A stretch of 64,000 nt of DNA from a bacterium (GCA_965216315.1 CBDCFN010000016.1:840733-904732); one strand, 5' to 3'. Counted from the first letter of the stretch, positions 31,637-41,960 are shown. Numbers and translations: made by a program. The notes: generated from the sequence alone by a model not told the origin.

Positions 31637-31712
31637 CAACTAAACAGTCTTCAGTGCCGATATATCATTTTAGATATAATTGGGCTAGACGAGGTATATC
31701 ACTAATGATATA
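31637..31712 (+). promoter_or_regulatory. CAAC-N16-CCGATA motif plus two TATATC...GATATA operator-like palindromes
   Basis: TATATCATTTTAGATATA (31661-31678) and TATATCACTAATGATATA (31695-31712) upstream of the HTH gene. Confidence 0.55.
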
Positions 31713-31721
31713 TAATTATCA

Positions 31722-32093
31722 ATGGCAGCACACAAGAGCGAGATAGAATTTGATACATTGTTAGGGACTGCACGTTTTGTGGCGGATTTCCGTATTCCTG
31801 CCGCTGCAAGAGAAGTTATTGAAAAAAGCATCGCAAAGGCTTTTGAGGATTATATTCCCGCGAGTGAAGTGCAGAAGAAAATCAAAAAAGATATTGATTG
31901 GGTTGATACGCCCAGAGGGGCACTGGTTGTATTTATGACGGCTCAAGGATTGACTCAAAAGAAACTCGCTAAAAAAACCGGGATTAATCAACCGAATATA
32001 TCTGCGATGGTTAATGGGCGCCGCCCTATTACAGTGAAGACCGCGAAGTTGTTAGGGAAGGCGTTTGGGGTGAGTCATAAGTTGTTTCTTTGA
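31722..32093 (+). CDS. XRE/HigA-like helix-turn-helix protein
   Basis: GLTQKKLAKKTGINQPNISAMVNGRRPITVKTAKLLGKAF. Confidence 0.85.
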   Translation: MAAHKSEIEFDTLLGTARFVADFRIPAAAREVIEKSIAKAFEDYIPASEVQKKIKKDIDWVDTPRGALVVFMTAQGLTQKKLAKKTGINQPNISAMVNGRRPITVKTAKLLGKAFGVSHKLFL

Positions 32094-32167
32094 GTGCTAT
32101 GATGTCTTCGTGTTGGTGAAGTATATGTATTTTGAGAATATTTTATTGAATATATGCTTAGATTGTC

Positions 32168-32998
32168 ATGAAGAAATCTCACGAAATAAATTTAGAAATA
32201 TACCAAGTTACTGAAGAAACTCTTTTGTATGATTATTTTTGCTTGTCCTCTCAAGTAAATGCAATGTCAGCTGAGGCAAACTACGAGAAATACCAAAAAA
32301 CAAAAGATGGCTTTGAAAGGCTAAGTATTTTCCTTGCACAGAATGCACTCTTTGTTAATAGCTTGGAAGACACGGCTAGATTTTTGAATGCTATAAGTCT
32401 CAGTAAGGATTCTCAATCGTCTCTTTTTTCTCATCTTGCTGATAGAAGTAACTCATGTGGTTGGTTTGATAAGGTATTAGATCATGCCACTGATCTTTCT
32501 AAGTTTCTAATATGGCTTGGGTTAGATCTGAAGCTTTTGGCTGATAGCACGGAGAAGCAATTTAAAGTATCTCGTGACGAATGCCTAAGTAGCCTTGACG
32601 AACACTTCAATGCTTTAATGAATAGTATAAAAATGTGCCATACATATAAGATGCAACGGCAGGCTAGTTATAATAAGACGAAGCATGGTAAATCGGTATT
32701 CAGTAATCACCCTTTGTTTTTGAACAATCCAGATCAGATTGTGAAAGGTAGTGGGCCATATTTTGTCGTCGAAGCGAATAGCAACGGCGGATCTATGTGT
32801 CTCAGTGGATTTGGTATTCCATATACGGAAAATGATTTTAAAAAATTTACGTCAAATATTTTTATTATGTCTGAAGTAATACGTGACCTAATCGTTTTGT
32901 ATGCACTGCAACACTATCCAAAATTGGTTGAGAAACTACAGGGCCTTGAGAAAGACCAATCAAAGTTTAGAAGACGTTTTCCTGATTTATTTGATTAA
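32168..32998 (+). CDS. Hypothetical protein, AT-rich gene
   Basis: 276-aa ORF, visibly more AT-rich than its neighbours; contains YNKTKHG. Confidence 0.7.
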   Translation: MKKSHEINLEIYQVTEETLLYDYFCLSSQVNAMSAEANYEKYQKTKDGFERLSIFLAQNALFVNSLEDTARFLNAISLSKDSQSSLFSHLADRSNSCGWFDKVLDHATDLSKFLIWLGLDLKLLADSTEKQFKVSRDECLSSLDEHFNALMNSIKMCHTYKMQRQASYNKTKHGKSVFSNHPLFLNNPDQIVKGSGPYFVVEANSNGGSMCLSGFGIPYTENDFKKFTSNIFIMSEVIRDLIVLYALQHYPKLVEKLQGLEKDQSKFRRRFPDLFD

Positions 32999-33036
32999 TG
33001 ATATGCGATCTACTTAATCATTAGTAAAAAATCATA

Positions 33037-33369
33037 TCAAAAATGACACATCTTGCGACTGGTATGGCATTCGGCGCTGCCTTCGGAGCGTTCCCAGTTT
33101 TTGCTCTTTGGCTTGGCGCCCGGTTGCGGGCGTGAGATGACGACCGGGATGTATTTGCTGGTCCGGTAGCGGCAGACGACTTTGTCGGTTTCGATGACCG
33201 CGGATTTCCAGTAGGCCCCGCGGGAGTAGGAATTGTCTTCGACTTTCCATCCTTCCGGAGGATACTTTTTAAGCAAAGGACAGACCTCGGCCCAAAGTAT
33301 AGAAGCTGGAAGTAATAGCATCCCCAGGGTCGCTATACGGATGAGTATTTTTGTTTGTCTCCGTTTCAT
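33037..33369 (-). CDS. Small secreted hypothetical protein with four Cys
   Basis: MKRRQTKILIRIATLGMLLLPASILWA signal peptide. Confidence 0.55.
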   Translation of the reverse strand: MKRRQTKILIRIATLGMLLLPASILWAEVCPLLKKYPPEGWKVEDNSYSRGAYWKSAVIETDKVVCRYRTSKYIPVVISRPQPGAKPKSKNWERSEGSAECHTSRKMCHF

Positions 33370-33428
33370 GCGCCCTGCATTACGGAATAAAATTGCGAAG
33401 GTCAAGGTCAGGATGTATAAGAGAGTCC

Positions 33429-34130
33429 ATGGCTCGTCGAGCAACTCAATTACGCCCTATTAAAATAAAACCCAAGCCGATCAAGACGGCCGATGGCTCC
33501 TGTGAGATTTCCTTTGGTGATACGCGGGTGATTTGCACCGCCATGTGGGAAGAGGGGGTGCCTCCTTGGAAGCAAGGGCATGGGAGTGGTTGGGTGACGG
33601 CTGAGTACGGGATGCTGCCGGGCTCCTCCCCGCAGCGGATCAAGCGCAAACATTCCAGTCGTGCGACCGAAATTCAACGTCTCATCGGACGCTCTTTGCG
33701 GGCGGTAACGGATTTGGAGGCGCTGGGTGAGAATATGATCAATGTCGATTGCGATGTTATTCAGGCGGATGGTGGCACGCGCACGGCGGCGATTACGGGC
33801 GGCTTTGTTGCGATGGTCTATGCCATGGTGAAGGCGAAGAAAAATAAGATTATTTCGGAGATTCCCGTTAAAGATTATGTTGCGGCGGTATCGGTTGGGA
33901 TTATCAATAATCGACTTTGCCTGGACTTGGATTACGAGCTCGATTCGCGTGCCGATGTGGATATGAATGTCGTGATGACCGGATCCGGCAAGCTCATTGA
34001 AGTGCAGGGAACGGCGGAAGGCGATCCATTCAGCCGGCGGGAGCTTAATGATTTGGTTACGCTGGCGGCCAAAGGAATTCGCAAACTAATGGACGGTCAG
34101 AAAAAGTTGATTGGTAAGTACATCGACTAG
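33429..34130 (+). CDS. rph: Ribonuclease PH
   Basis: GWVTAEYGMLP, EIQRLIGRSLR, CDVIQADGGTRTAAITG, EVQGTAEG. Confidence 0.96.
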   Translation: MARRATQLRPIKIKPKPIKTADGSCEISFGDTRVICTAMWEEGVPPWKQGHGSGWVTAEYGMLPGSSPQRIKRKHSSRATEIQRLIGRSLRAVTDLEALGENMINVDCDVIQADGGTRTAAITGGFVAMVYAMVKAKKNKIISEIPVKDYVAAVSVGIINNRLCLDLDYELDSRADVDMNVVMTGSGKLIEVQGTAEGDPFSRRELNDLVTLAAKGIRKLMDGQKKLIGKYID

Positions 34131-35695
34131 GCGGGTTGCATGCGGTTCCTCGCTAAATGAACTGCAAGAATGAGCATTTGAATCCCAAATATTGTCCCTA
34201 GAAAGATCGTTCCGCCCTCGCTGAACCCATAGCTGTGGAGGCCAGCGGCGAGAATGTAATTGACGCCAAACCAGGCCATCAAAATCCCTAAAAAGCTCAG
34301 CGCGACGAGCGGAATGAAACGTCGGAATGGGATCCAGCCCGAGAAGCGCCCATGGAGAATGGCGACGTACATTAAGAGGGCGATGAGTGACCAGGTTTCT
34401 TTGGGGTCCCAGCCCCAGAAGCGTCCCCAACTGTAGTCCGCCCAGATTCCTCCGAGGATGATGCCGGCGGCTAACAAGATGACACCGACTTTGAGGCAGA
34501 CATAGCAAAGGTTGCTGATGCGCCGGGTAAAAACTTGCGGTACGTCGCCAAAACTCGAGCGGATAAGATAATAGTTGGCCATGAACCAGCTCAATGCAAA
34601 GACTGCGTAGCTGATCGTAATCGTTGTAACATGCGTTGAAAGCCAAAAATTATCGCGCAGGACGGGGACGAGAGGTTTGATTTTAGGGTCGAGCATGCCA
34701 TGGGCAAAGGTCATCATAAACAGACAGCTCAAATTAAGTCCGAGCCCGACCAAGACAAAGATTTTTTCGCGGCGCCAATAGGCGAGAATTGTTGCAATCA
34801 GGAGGCCGCCGACGCCGACCCACATTACGGTTTCGTACATATTCGTGACAGGTGCACGCTGGGAGATCATGACGCGATAAACGATGGCCACTATTTCAAT
34901 GATGAACGTGATGGCGAGTCCGGTGATGACAGCCGGGTGATTGATGCGTCGGCACGCGGCTGTTACGATGAGTGTCAAGAGCGCTGCTAAGATCGCCCAA
35001 TGAAATAAGCGAAGTCGCTCATAAGTCAATTCAGTCAGATGAGCATTGTCAACTTTGGCGGCATAATCGGCACCCATCCTGAGAAGAATCGGGGTCATCT
35101 TTGCAACGCCGTTTTGGTTTTCCTTAGACAGTGCGGCAAGTTCTCGTAACGGAATCCAAATAACCTTGTCAGCACTGACCTGGGCCCCGTCATGAAAAAA
35201 AGGCGCTTTCCAGTTATTGCCGTTGATGATGTCGTGGTAGAGCCGCGTTTTTTGAATGACTGCGCCAATATCCTTAGCGAATGGTGATTTGTCTTTTTTC
35301 TCCGTCTTGAGAATAGAAAGCTGCGCTTCGAGTTCAGGGATCTTGGCGGTGATGTCAGTGTAGGTAATCTGATTGCTGTCGATCTTGAGCAAGGCTTGGG
35401 TCTTGATATGATCCACGCGGATGGGCAGCGCGGGGGCTTTCTGCTGCGCCGGATCGAGGGAGCTTAAACTAAGTCGGCAATACAACTCCATCGCCGATTG
35501 GCCCTCCCATTTTGATTTGCCGTAGATAAATTTAATGGTTTCCTTCGCATGAACCTCGAGGGGTTTAACGCGCCCGCCTGCCAGAATAGGCAGGGCCTCC
35601 AGCTCTTTGGGGCAATCTTCCGCGGCAAGTGCCGGGGTGGCACAAAAAACTACCGTGATGAAGAGGACGGTTTTAATGAGCAATTTGTGGGTCAC
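34127..35695 (-). CDS. ccsA: Cytochrome c biogenesis protein CcsA/ResC
   Basis: WWD domain WADYSWGRFWGWDPKETWS, GLHSYG; GTG start overlaps the ccsB stop. Confidence 0.93.
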   Translation of the reverse strand: MTHKLLIKTVLFITVVFCATPALAAEDCPKELEALPILAGGRVKPLEVHAKETIKFIYGKSKWEGQSAMELYCRLSLSSLDPAQQKAPALPIRVDHIKTQALLKIDSNQITYTDITAKIPELEAQLSILKTEKKDKSPFAKDIGAVIQKTRLYHDIINGNNWKAPFFHDGAQVSADKVIWIPLRELAALSKENQNGVAKMTPILLRMGADYAAKVDNAHLTELTYERLRLFHWAILAALLTLIVTAACRRINHPAVITGLAITFIIEIVAIVYRVMISQRAPVTNMYETVMWVGVGGLLIATILAYWRREKIFVLVGLGLNLSCLFMMTFAHGMLDPKIKPLVPVLRDNFWLSTHVTTITISYAVFALSWFMANYYLIRSSFGDVPQVFTRRISNLCYVCLKVGVILLAAGIILGGIWADYSWGRFWGWDPKETWSLIALLMYVAILHGRFSGWIPFRRFIPLVALSFLGILMAWFGVNYILAAGLHSYGFSEGGTIFLGTIFGIQMLILAVHLARNRMQPA

Positions 35696-37356
35696 GCTTC
35701 GCTTCTCCTTCGTTTGGCGCGAATCCTGTGATGAATAAGGATACCGCCAATCAATAATATGCAACCTAAGTATTTGATCGGTCGCCCGGGATCTCTATTG
35801 ACAGACAGCACCGAGGCATATGATTTGCCGTCGCCTAAGGCAAAATAAGAGGCTTGATACAGGGTAAAGCCCCCTTTTTTAAGGGGATTATTCATATAGA
35901 TATGGGCCTGAGTCGTTTCACTGGCGTCACTGACTTTGACGAAACTTTCGTAGCTAGCGGCATCCATCGTGCCTGGATTGGTGGCCATTTTGAATTCTTC
36001 GAGTTCAATCTGAAAGGGAAGTTGATGGACCCGGTCACCCAACATAATTTGGAAGCTGTCACCGTTTGCCGCCTCAAATGTCTTTGGGCTCTGGTTGTCG
36101 ACCCAAAAAGAGTGACTCGTCGCTTGGCTTTCACGATCCGTAATCTTGATGAGAGCAGCGCGATGTCGCTGCGCTTGGCTGCCATCCGGGGGCTCATAAG
36201 ACCACTCCAGATAAGGGAGCTTGTTGTCGATAATGCGCGTCAGTGTCATTTCCAGTCCCATCCAGGGGAGGCTGTAACCCCTGAAGAGCTCCTCGTCTTC
36301 GAATGTCCACTGGGTTCCTTTGCCATAAGCCAGCCGCTTATCTCGAAAAAATACAATGTTCGGTGATTGACGCCAGGTCTCCAACGGAACGAGATTCATG
36401 TCAGAATCTTCGTCAATGCGAATTTCTTCAGTGATGGGTTGGGCAATCATCTGCGGAAAGAAATTGTATGTTGTTCCGTCGCGCGTTATCACGACTTTTT
36501 GATAAGGTTCCTCTTGCTCGGTTTTAAATTGCAGGCCTTGCTGCTTAATTCCTTGTAATGAGATTGCCGGGAGCACGAGGCAGCGTTGGTTATCCTGGTA
36601 GAGATACTGGGCCTGAGTGTCTTTGATAGCGCGGGCAAAGCACTGACTATCAATTCTCATCAAGAGGGTGATGCTCAAAGGCCCTAACTTTTTCTTGTCA
36701 TCGCCGCGATTGTGATTGGAGACCTCAATTTTCTGCTGCATATTGGCGCCGGCGAGTTTGGCCCAGATAAGACGTTTGGCCGGCTTGCCCGCGGGGTTGT
36801 CTCGCCAGAGCTGTCGGCCGGTTGCAAACGGGATATAGCGTTCGATGGAGATGTCGTAGTTGGCAAGGTTGATGTATGGGGTGTCCCCAAGTTCAATCTC
36901 TTTTGTCGCACGTGGTAGATCTGAGGCGTAGCGCAATGATGATTGTTTGGCATTGTCAAAGTAGTGGACGTAGATTCGAGGCTCATTGATGAGGACATTG
37001 CCATTTGCCTTGCCCGGCATGAGTTCGAGCGAACCGTCGATCCCGAAGAGGGCGGTCACGGCGCTACCAATCAGTATGGTGAGAAGCCCCGCGTGAATAA
37101 TATAAAAGCCGGTCAAGCGCACTCGATAGGGGAGGCGAACGAGGGCCGCAAACAGGATATTTAAAAAGAGGAAAATTTCTGTAATGATGAAAGGCGTAGA
37201 AAGGTAGACGGCGTCCTTAGCAAATGCCGCCCCATATCGAGATTCGGTGATGGTCCCCCAGATCATCAGAACCATCAGCGACAAAATCACGCAGACCGCC
37301 AGTTTGAGCGAGGCGAGAAATTTAACGACTTCATTTTTACAGAATTTCTTCCACAT
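35692..37356 (-). CDS. resB: Cytochrome c biogenesis protein ResB/CcsB
   Basis: FLASLKLAV, GFYIIHAG, IYMNNPL...LYQASY, DPGRPIKYLG. Confidence 0.88.
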   Translation of the reverse strand: MWKKFCKNEVVKFLASLKLAVCVILSLMVLMIWGTITESRYGAAFAKDAVYLSTPFIITEIFLFLNILFAALVRLPYRVRLTGFYIIHAGLLTILIGSAVTALFGIDGSLELMPGKANGNVLINEPRIYVHYFDNAKQSSLRYASDLPRATKEIELGDTPYINLANYDISIERYIPFATGRQLWRDNPAGKPAKRLIWAKLAGANMQQKIEVSNHNRGDDKKKLGPLSITLLMRIDSQCFARAIKDTQAQYLYQDNQRCLVLPAISLQGIKQQGLQFKTEQEEPYQKVVITRDGTTYNFFPQMIAQPITEEIRIDEDSDMNLVPLETWRQSPNIVFFRDKRLAYGKGTQWTFEDEELFRGYSLPWMGLEMTLTRIIDNKLPYLEWSYEPPDGSQAQRHRAALIKITDRESQATSHSFWVDNQSPKTFEAANGDSFQIMLGDRVHQLPFQIELEEFKMATNPGTMDAASYESFVKVSDASETTQAHIYMNNPLKKGGFTLYQASYFALGDGKSYASVLSVNRDPGRPIKYLGCILLIGGILIHHRIRAKRRRSEA

Positions 37357-37525
37357 TTCTTTATTTTTCCACGGGTTCCCGATCGCGCCAATGATCTCAT
37401 TACATTGGTGCTCATGACGAATATCATATCTGTCAGAGATATCAATCATGGCTGTAAGACCCTTATTTAAGGTATATAGATGGGATCTATAGGCGCAATT
37501 TATTTAATCTTTTTGAGGAGGCATC

Positions 37526-38980
37526 ATGAAGCCGGTTAAATTTAAGAGCCCTTTTCTACTTGGTCTCGTTGCAGCGGTAGTGATTCCGCTGATGGCGGCG
37601 CATGCGGGCAGTCTCCCCACTGAACTCAGCGCCGAGAGCAAGAAATGCGCAACCTGTCACCAGCAAGAAAATGATTCCATCTACCAACAGTGGGGCGAGT
37701 CAAAGCACTATCGGGCGAATGTTGGTTGTTTTGAGTGTCACGAGGCTCAAGCGGGAGATAAGGATGCCTTTAGTCATTATGGGCAGACAATCGCGACGAT
37801 TGTTTCTCCTCAGGACTGCGCGAGTTGCCATGAAAAAGAAGTGAAGGAATTTACTGAAAGTCATCATGCTAAGGCCGGGCGGATTATGGGCTCATTGGAT
37901 AATCTCCTCGCCGAAGTCGTTGAAGGGAATACCGGTATGAAGACAGCGGCCTTTCCCCATGGGATCTCCGCGGCGGCGGTCAATGGCTGCTGGCAGTGTC
38001 ATGGTTCTGAAATCAAAGTTCTCAAGGGCGGAAAACTGGATCCTGCGACCTGGCCCAACTCGGGAATGGGGCGGATCAACCCGGATGGGTCCGAAGGTTC
38101 CTGTTCGGCCTGTCATTCACGCCACAGTTTTTCAGTCGCTCAGGCCCGCAATCCTGAAAATTGCGGTAAATGCCATATGGGCCCCGATCACCCACAACTT
38201 GAGATCTATAATGAATCAAAACACGGTATTGCCTACCAGGCGCACAAAGCCGATTTAAAGATGGATAGCGCTAAATGGGTTGTCGGCGAGGACTATAGCG
38301 CCGCCCCAACTTGCGCGACCTGTCATATGTCGGCGACCAAAAACCAGCCGGTCACTCATGATGTCGGACTCAGGTTGTCGTGGAATAATCGGCCTCCTAA
38401 GTCGGTTCGACCCGAAGTCTCCGATGCTAAACTGGGGCTCAAGACAGCGAGCATCCCGTGGACGAAACGACGTGCCAACATGAAGGACGTTTGTACTTCA
38501 TGTCACAATAAGGATTTTACGGATAATTTTTACTTTCAGTATGATGAGCTTATCAAGCTGTACAATGATAAGTTTGCAGACCCCGGGTTGAAGCTGATGG
38601 CTGCGGCCAAGCCCTTAATGAACAAGCCAAAATTTGCGAGTGACATTGATTTTATCTGGTTCGAGATCTGGCATCATGAAGGGCGCCGTGCTCGTCATGG
38701 CGCCTCGATGATGGGGCCTGACTATACGCATTGGCACGGAACCTATGAAATTGCGAAGCATTTTTATGTAAAACTGATTCCAGCGTTAGAAGAGCTTGCG
38801 AAGGATAATCTCAGTTCCAAGGATGCAACCACAGTTGCTGCCGCGAAGAAGTTGCAGGCAACGATCAGCGAGGTGCTCAACTCGGATGATCATAAGTGGT
38901 ATTTGGACAAGGAAGATCCCAAGGTCAAGGCGGCCCGCAAGAAACGTCAGACTGAATTTAAGAAGCGCTACGGGAAGTAA
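37526..38980 (+). CDS. Octaheme hydroxylamine-oxidoreductase-family cytochrome c (copy 1, Sec signal peptide)
   Basis: 8 CxxCH motifs; CGKCHMGPDH; HHEGRRARHGASMMGPDYTHWHG. Confidence 0.9.
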   Translation: MKPVKFKSPFLLGLVAAVVIPLMAAHAGSLPTELSAESKKCATCHQQENDSIYQQWGESKHYRANVGCFECHEAQAGDKDAFSHYGQTIATIVSPQDCASCHEKEVKEFTESHHAKAGRIMGSLDNLLAEVVEGNTGMKTAAFPHGISAAAVNGCWQCHGSEIKVLKGGKLDPATWPNSGMGRINPDGSEGSCSACHSRHSFSVAQARNPENCGKCHMGPDHPQLEIYNESKHGIAYQAHKADLKMDSAKWVVGEDYSAAPTCATCHMSATKNQPVTHDVGLRLSWNNRPPKSVRPEVSDAKLGLKTASIPWTKRRANMKDVCTSCHNKDFTDNFYFQYDELIKLYNDKFADPGLKLMAAAKPLMNKPKFASDIDFIWFEIWHHEGRRARHGASMMGPDYTHWHGTYEIAKHFYVKLIPALEELAKDNLSSKDATTVAAAKKLQATISEVLNSDDHKWYLDKEDPKVKAARKKRQTEFKKRYGK

Positions 38981-38996
38981 TTAAACGAGGTGATAG

Positions 38997-40481
38997 ATGA
39001 GATTAGTAATGATATCGGGAGCTGTTTTACTGCTCATCCCGTTCATGTTGGCCTGTTCCGGTGAAGCCGGTTCGCATGGTTTTTCCTCTTCCAAGTATGC
39101 GGTCAATACGTCGACCTTGCCGGCAGAACTGACTGACGAATCGCAAGCCTGCATTTCCTGCCATATGAAGGAAAACCCAAGCATCTACCAGCAATGGGGT
39201 GGTTCCAAGCACTACCGTGCCAATGTCGGCTGTTATGAGTGTCATCGCGCCAATAGCTCGGATCCTGATGCCTTTGATCATTATGGGATGAGTATCTCCA
39301 TTCTCGTGTCTCCTCAGGATTGTGCGCAATGTCATGCCAAGGAAGTCAAAGAATTTACATCGAGTCATCACGCCAAAGCGGGCCGCATTATGGGCTCACT
39401 CGACAACCTTCTCGCTGAAGTCGTTGAAGGGAATAATAAAATGGTGACGGAGGGGTTCCCGGACGGGATCTCGGCAGCTGCGGTTAACGGCTGTTGGCAG
39501 TGTCACGGGTCTGAGATCAAGGTGCTCAAGAATGGCAAATTGGATCCGGCGACCTGGCCGAATTCCGGTATGGGGCGGATTAACCCGGATGGCTCGGAAG
39601 GATCTTGTTCCGCTTGTCACTCACGGCATGAATTTTCCGTTGCACAGGCGCGCGGCCCTGAGAATTGCGGTAAGTGTCATATGGGTCCGGATCATCCGCA
39701 GATAGAGGCCTTTAATGAGTCAAAACACGGCATCGCTTTTTATGCCCACCGCGATAAGATGAACTTAGATAATCCGAAATGGATTGTCGGCCAAGATTAT
39801 ACTGCGGCACCGACTTGTGCGACCTGTCATATGTCGGCGACCAAAGATCTGCCGGTGACCCATGATGTCGGACTTCGCATCTCTTGGAACAATCGACCGC
39901 CAAAATCAGTTCGACCTGAGTTGTCGGACGCCAAGCTGGGGCTTCCAACCGCCAAGGTAAAATGGACAGAGCGTCGTGATAATATGAAGAAAGTTTGTGT
40001 ATCCTGCCACAATCAACAATTCACTGATAATTTTTATGTTCAATACGATGCCTTGATCGATCTTTATAATACTAAGTTTGCGGATCCGGGTCTCAAGTTG
40101 ATGAAGGCGGCCAAGCCGCTGCTTAAGCCCGTCAAATTCAGTAATGAGTTAGACTTTATCTGGTTTGAATTATGGCATCATGAAGGGCGGCGAGCCCGTC
40201 ATGGTGCTTCAATGATGGCGCCCGATATTACGCACTGGCACGGGACCTACGAGATCGCGAAACATTTCTATGAGAAGTTTATTCCTAAGCTGCAGAAGTT
40301 GGCTAAGAAGAATCTCGATAATAAAGATGCCGGCAAGGCAAAGGCCGCCAAAGAACTCAAAGAACTCATTGTCACGGTACTCAACTCAGATGATCATAAA
40401 TGGTTTATTGGGCAGGAGAGTCCGGAGGCAAAGAGAAAAAGAGAGCAGCGGCGAGAAGAATTTAAGAAACGGTATAAGTAG
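38997..40481 (+). CDS. Octaheme HAO-family cytochrome c (copy 2, probable lipoprotein)
   Basis: 8 CxxCH motifs, highly similar to copy 1; MLAC lipobox. Confidence 0.9.
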   Translation: MRLVMISGAVLLLIPFMLACSGEAGSHGFSSSKYAVNTSTLPAELTDESQACISCHMKENPSIYQQWGGSKHYRANVGCYECHRANSSDPDAFDHYGMSISILVSPQDCAQCHAKEVKEFTSSHHAKAGRIMGSLDNLLAEVVEGNNKMVTEGFPDGISAAAVNGCWQCHGSEIKVLKNGKLDPATWPNSGMGRINPDGSEGSCSACHSRHEFSVAQARGPENCGKCHMGPDHPQIEAFNESKHGIAFYAHRDKMNLDNPKWIVGQDYTAAPTCATCHMSATKDLPVTHDVGLRISWNNRPPKSVRPELSDAKLGLPTAKVKWTERRDNMKKVCVSCHNQQFTDNFYVQYDALIDLYNTKFADPGLKLMKAAKPLLKPVKFSNELDFIWFELWHHEGRRARHGASMMAPDITHWHGTYEIAKHFYEKFIPKLQKLAKKNLDNKDAGKAKAAKELKELIVTVLNSDDHKWFIGQESPEAKRKREQRREEFKKRYK

Positions 40482-40486
40482 ATCTT

Positions 40487-41011
40487 ATGTTTAGACTACG
40501 TGTTGCTACGGTATTTTTTGTAGGATTTGTGCTGGCAGGTTTGTTGCTATTAATTTCATCTCAAACGCGCGCGATCGAGCTGGATCCTAATGTTGAGATT
40601 GATGTAAGGGGGATGCGTCTGGAGATGTTCCCTTGTTCTAAATGTCATAATCTAATCGGAAAAAGTGAAGGGCGTAAAGAAGCGGCGCATCGCAATGTCC
40701 ATGTCCGTCACGGGGAGATCAATAAAAATTGTCTCAATTGTCACAATGGCGATAATATGGATACCTTGCATTTACTGAATTCAAAGAATGCCCTGCCATT
40801 CGAGAAGTCTTATCAAATTTGTGGGCAGTGCCATGGCAATATCTTGAATGAGTGGAATCTTGGAATTCATGGTCAGCAGACGGGGAGTTGGAACGGCAAA
40901 AAACTGCGGCAAACCTGCTCGGCATGCCACAATCCGCACCAACCAAAATTTAAGGACATGAAGCCTCTTCCGGCGCCGCAACATCCGCATGAGAGGAGGG
41001 CAAGACGTTGA
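40487..41011 (+). CDS. Tetraheme cytochrome c
   Basis: CSKCH, CLNCH, CGQCH, CSACH; N-terminal signal/anchor. Confidence 0.88.
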   Translation: MFRLRVATVFFVGFVLAGLLLLISSQTRAIELDPNVEIDVRGMRLEMFPCSKCHNLIGKSEGRKEAAHRNVHVRHGEINKNCLNCHNGDNMDTLHLLNSKNALPFEKSYQICGQCHGNILNEWNLGIHGQQTGSWNGKKLRQTCSACHNPHQPKFKDMKPLPAPQHPHERRARR

Positions 41012-41952
41012 TACAGTGGACTCGAACCGATAAACGCGTGAGCGCCAAACTTAAGAAGCAGCTGCGGTCGCGAGTCAGTCGTCGCAATGTTCTCAAAGGA
41101 TTATTTCTGGGAGCGGCGGCCGCGATGGTGACACCGGCAAAGACGGCCAAAGCTTTTTCTTGGGGCGAATTTTTTCAGCGTCATTATAAAGAGCTAAGCC
41201 CGGAAGATAAGAAGAAGGTATTTGCGCGCATCGAAACGGAAACAAAAGAGCGCTATGGTGTCAATGTAGAGATCACTGATCCGCCTGCTATGGATGGTGT
41301 CGAGTTTGTTTATTGTCTTAATCTGTCCAAGTGTAATGGCAATAGAAAGTGCGTTGAGGCCTGCGTCAAAGAGAATAATCAATCGCGCGACCCGCAGATC
41401 CAATATATCAAGGTCCTTGAGATGCCGAAGGGTTCCATGAACTTAGAAGCAGGGGACCAATACTATGAACATGATAAGGTTCCTCAGCAGGACAAGTATT
41501 ATCTGCCGGTTCAGTGCCAGCAATGTCGTAATCCTCCCTGCACGAAGGTGTGCCCGGTTGAAGCGACCTGGCAGGAAAAAGACGGAATTGTGGTTATTGA
41601 TTATAACTGGTGCATTGGTTGTCGTTATTGTGAGGCGGCCTGTCCCTATGAGGCGCGACGCTTTAATTTTACGACGCCGACAATTGCGCCATCGGAGATC
41701 AATCCTAAGCAAGGCTATCTATCGAATCGCGTCCGCCCCAAAGGGGTCGTGGAGAAATGTACGTTTTGCTTGCAAAGAACCCGGAAGGGCCAGTATCCGG
41801 CCTGTTTGGAGGCGTGTCCCACGGGTGCGCGCAAGTTCGGTAATATCCTCGATCCCAAGAGTGAGGTGAGGGCGATCCTCGAGAACAAGCGCGTCTTTGT
41901 CTTGAAAGAAGACTTGGGAACGATGCCGCGCTTTTATTACTTTTTTGATTAG
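41008..41952 (+). CDS. NrfC/DmsB-like 4Fe-4S protein with Tat signal
   Basis: SRRNVLK Tat motif; CQQCRNPPCTKVCP, CIGCRYCEAACP, KCTFC...PACLEACP. Confidence 0.92.
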   Translation: MIQWTRTDKRVSAKLKKQLRSRVSRRNVLKGLFLGAAAAMVTPAKTAKAFSWGEFFQRHYKELSPEDKKKVFARIETETKERYGVNVEITDPPAMDGVEFVYCLNLSKCNGNRKCVEACVKENNQSRDPQIQYIKVLEMPKGSMNLEAGDQYYEHDKVPQQDKYYLPVQCQQCRNPPCTKVCPVEATWQEKDGIVVIDYNWCIGCRYCEAACPYEARRFNFTTPTIAPSEINPKQGYLSNRVRPKGVVEKCTFCLQRTRKGQYPACLEACPTGARKFGNILDPKSEVRAILENKRVFVLKEDLGTMPRFYYFFD

Positions 41953-41960
41953 GAAGAGCT

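Noticed and set aside
37526-40481. Long direct repeat suggesting an assembly duplication or mobile element
   Set aside because: The two hao copies differ at many synonymous sites and have distinct termini, so they are genuine paralogues
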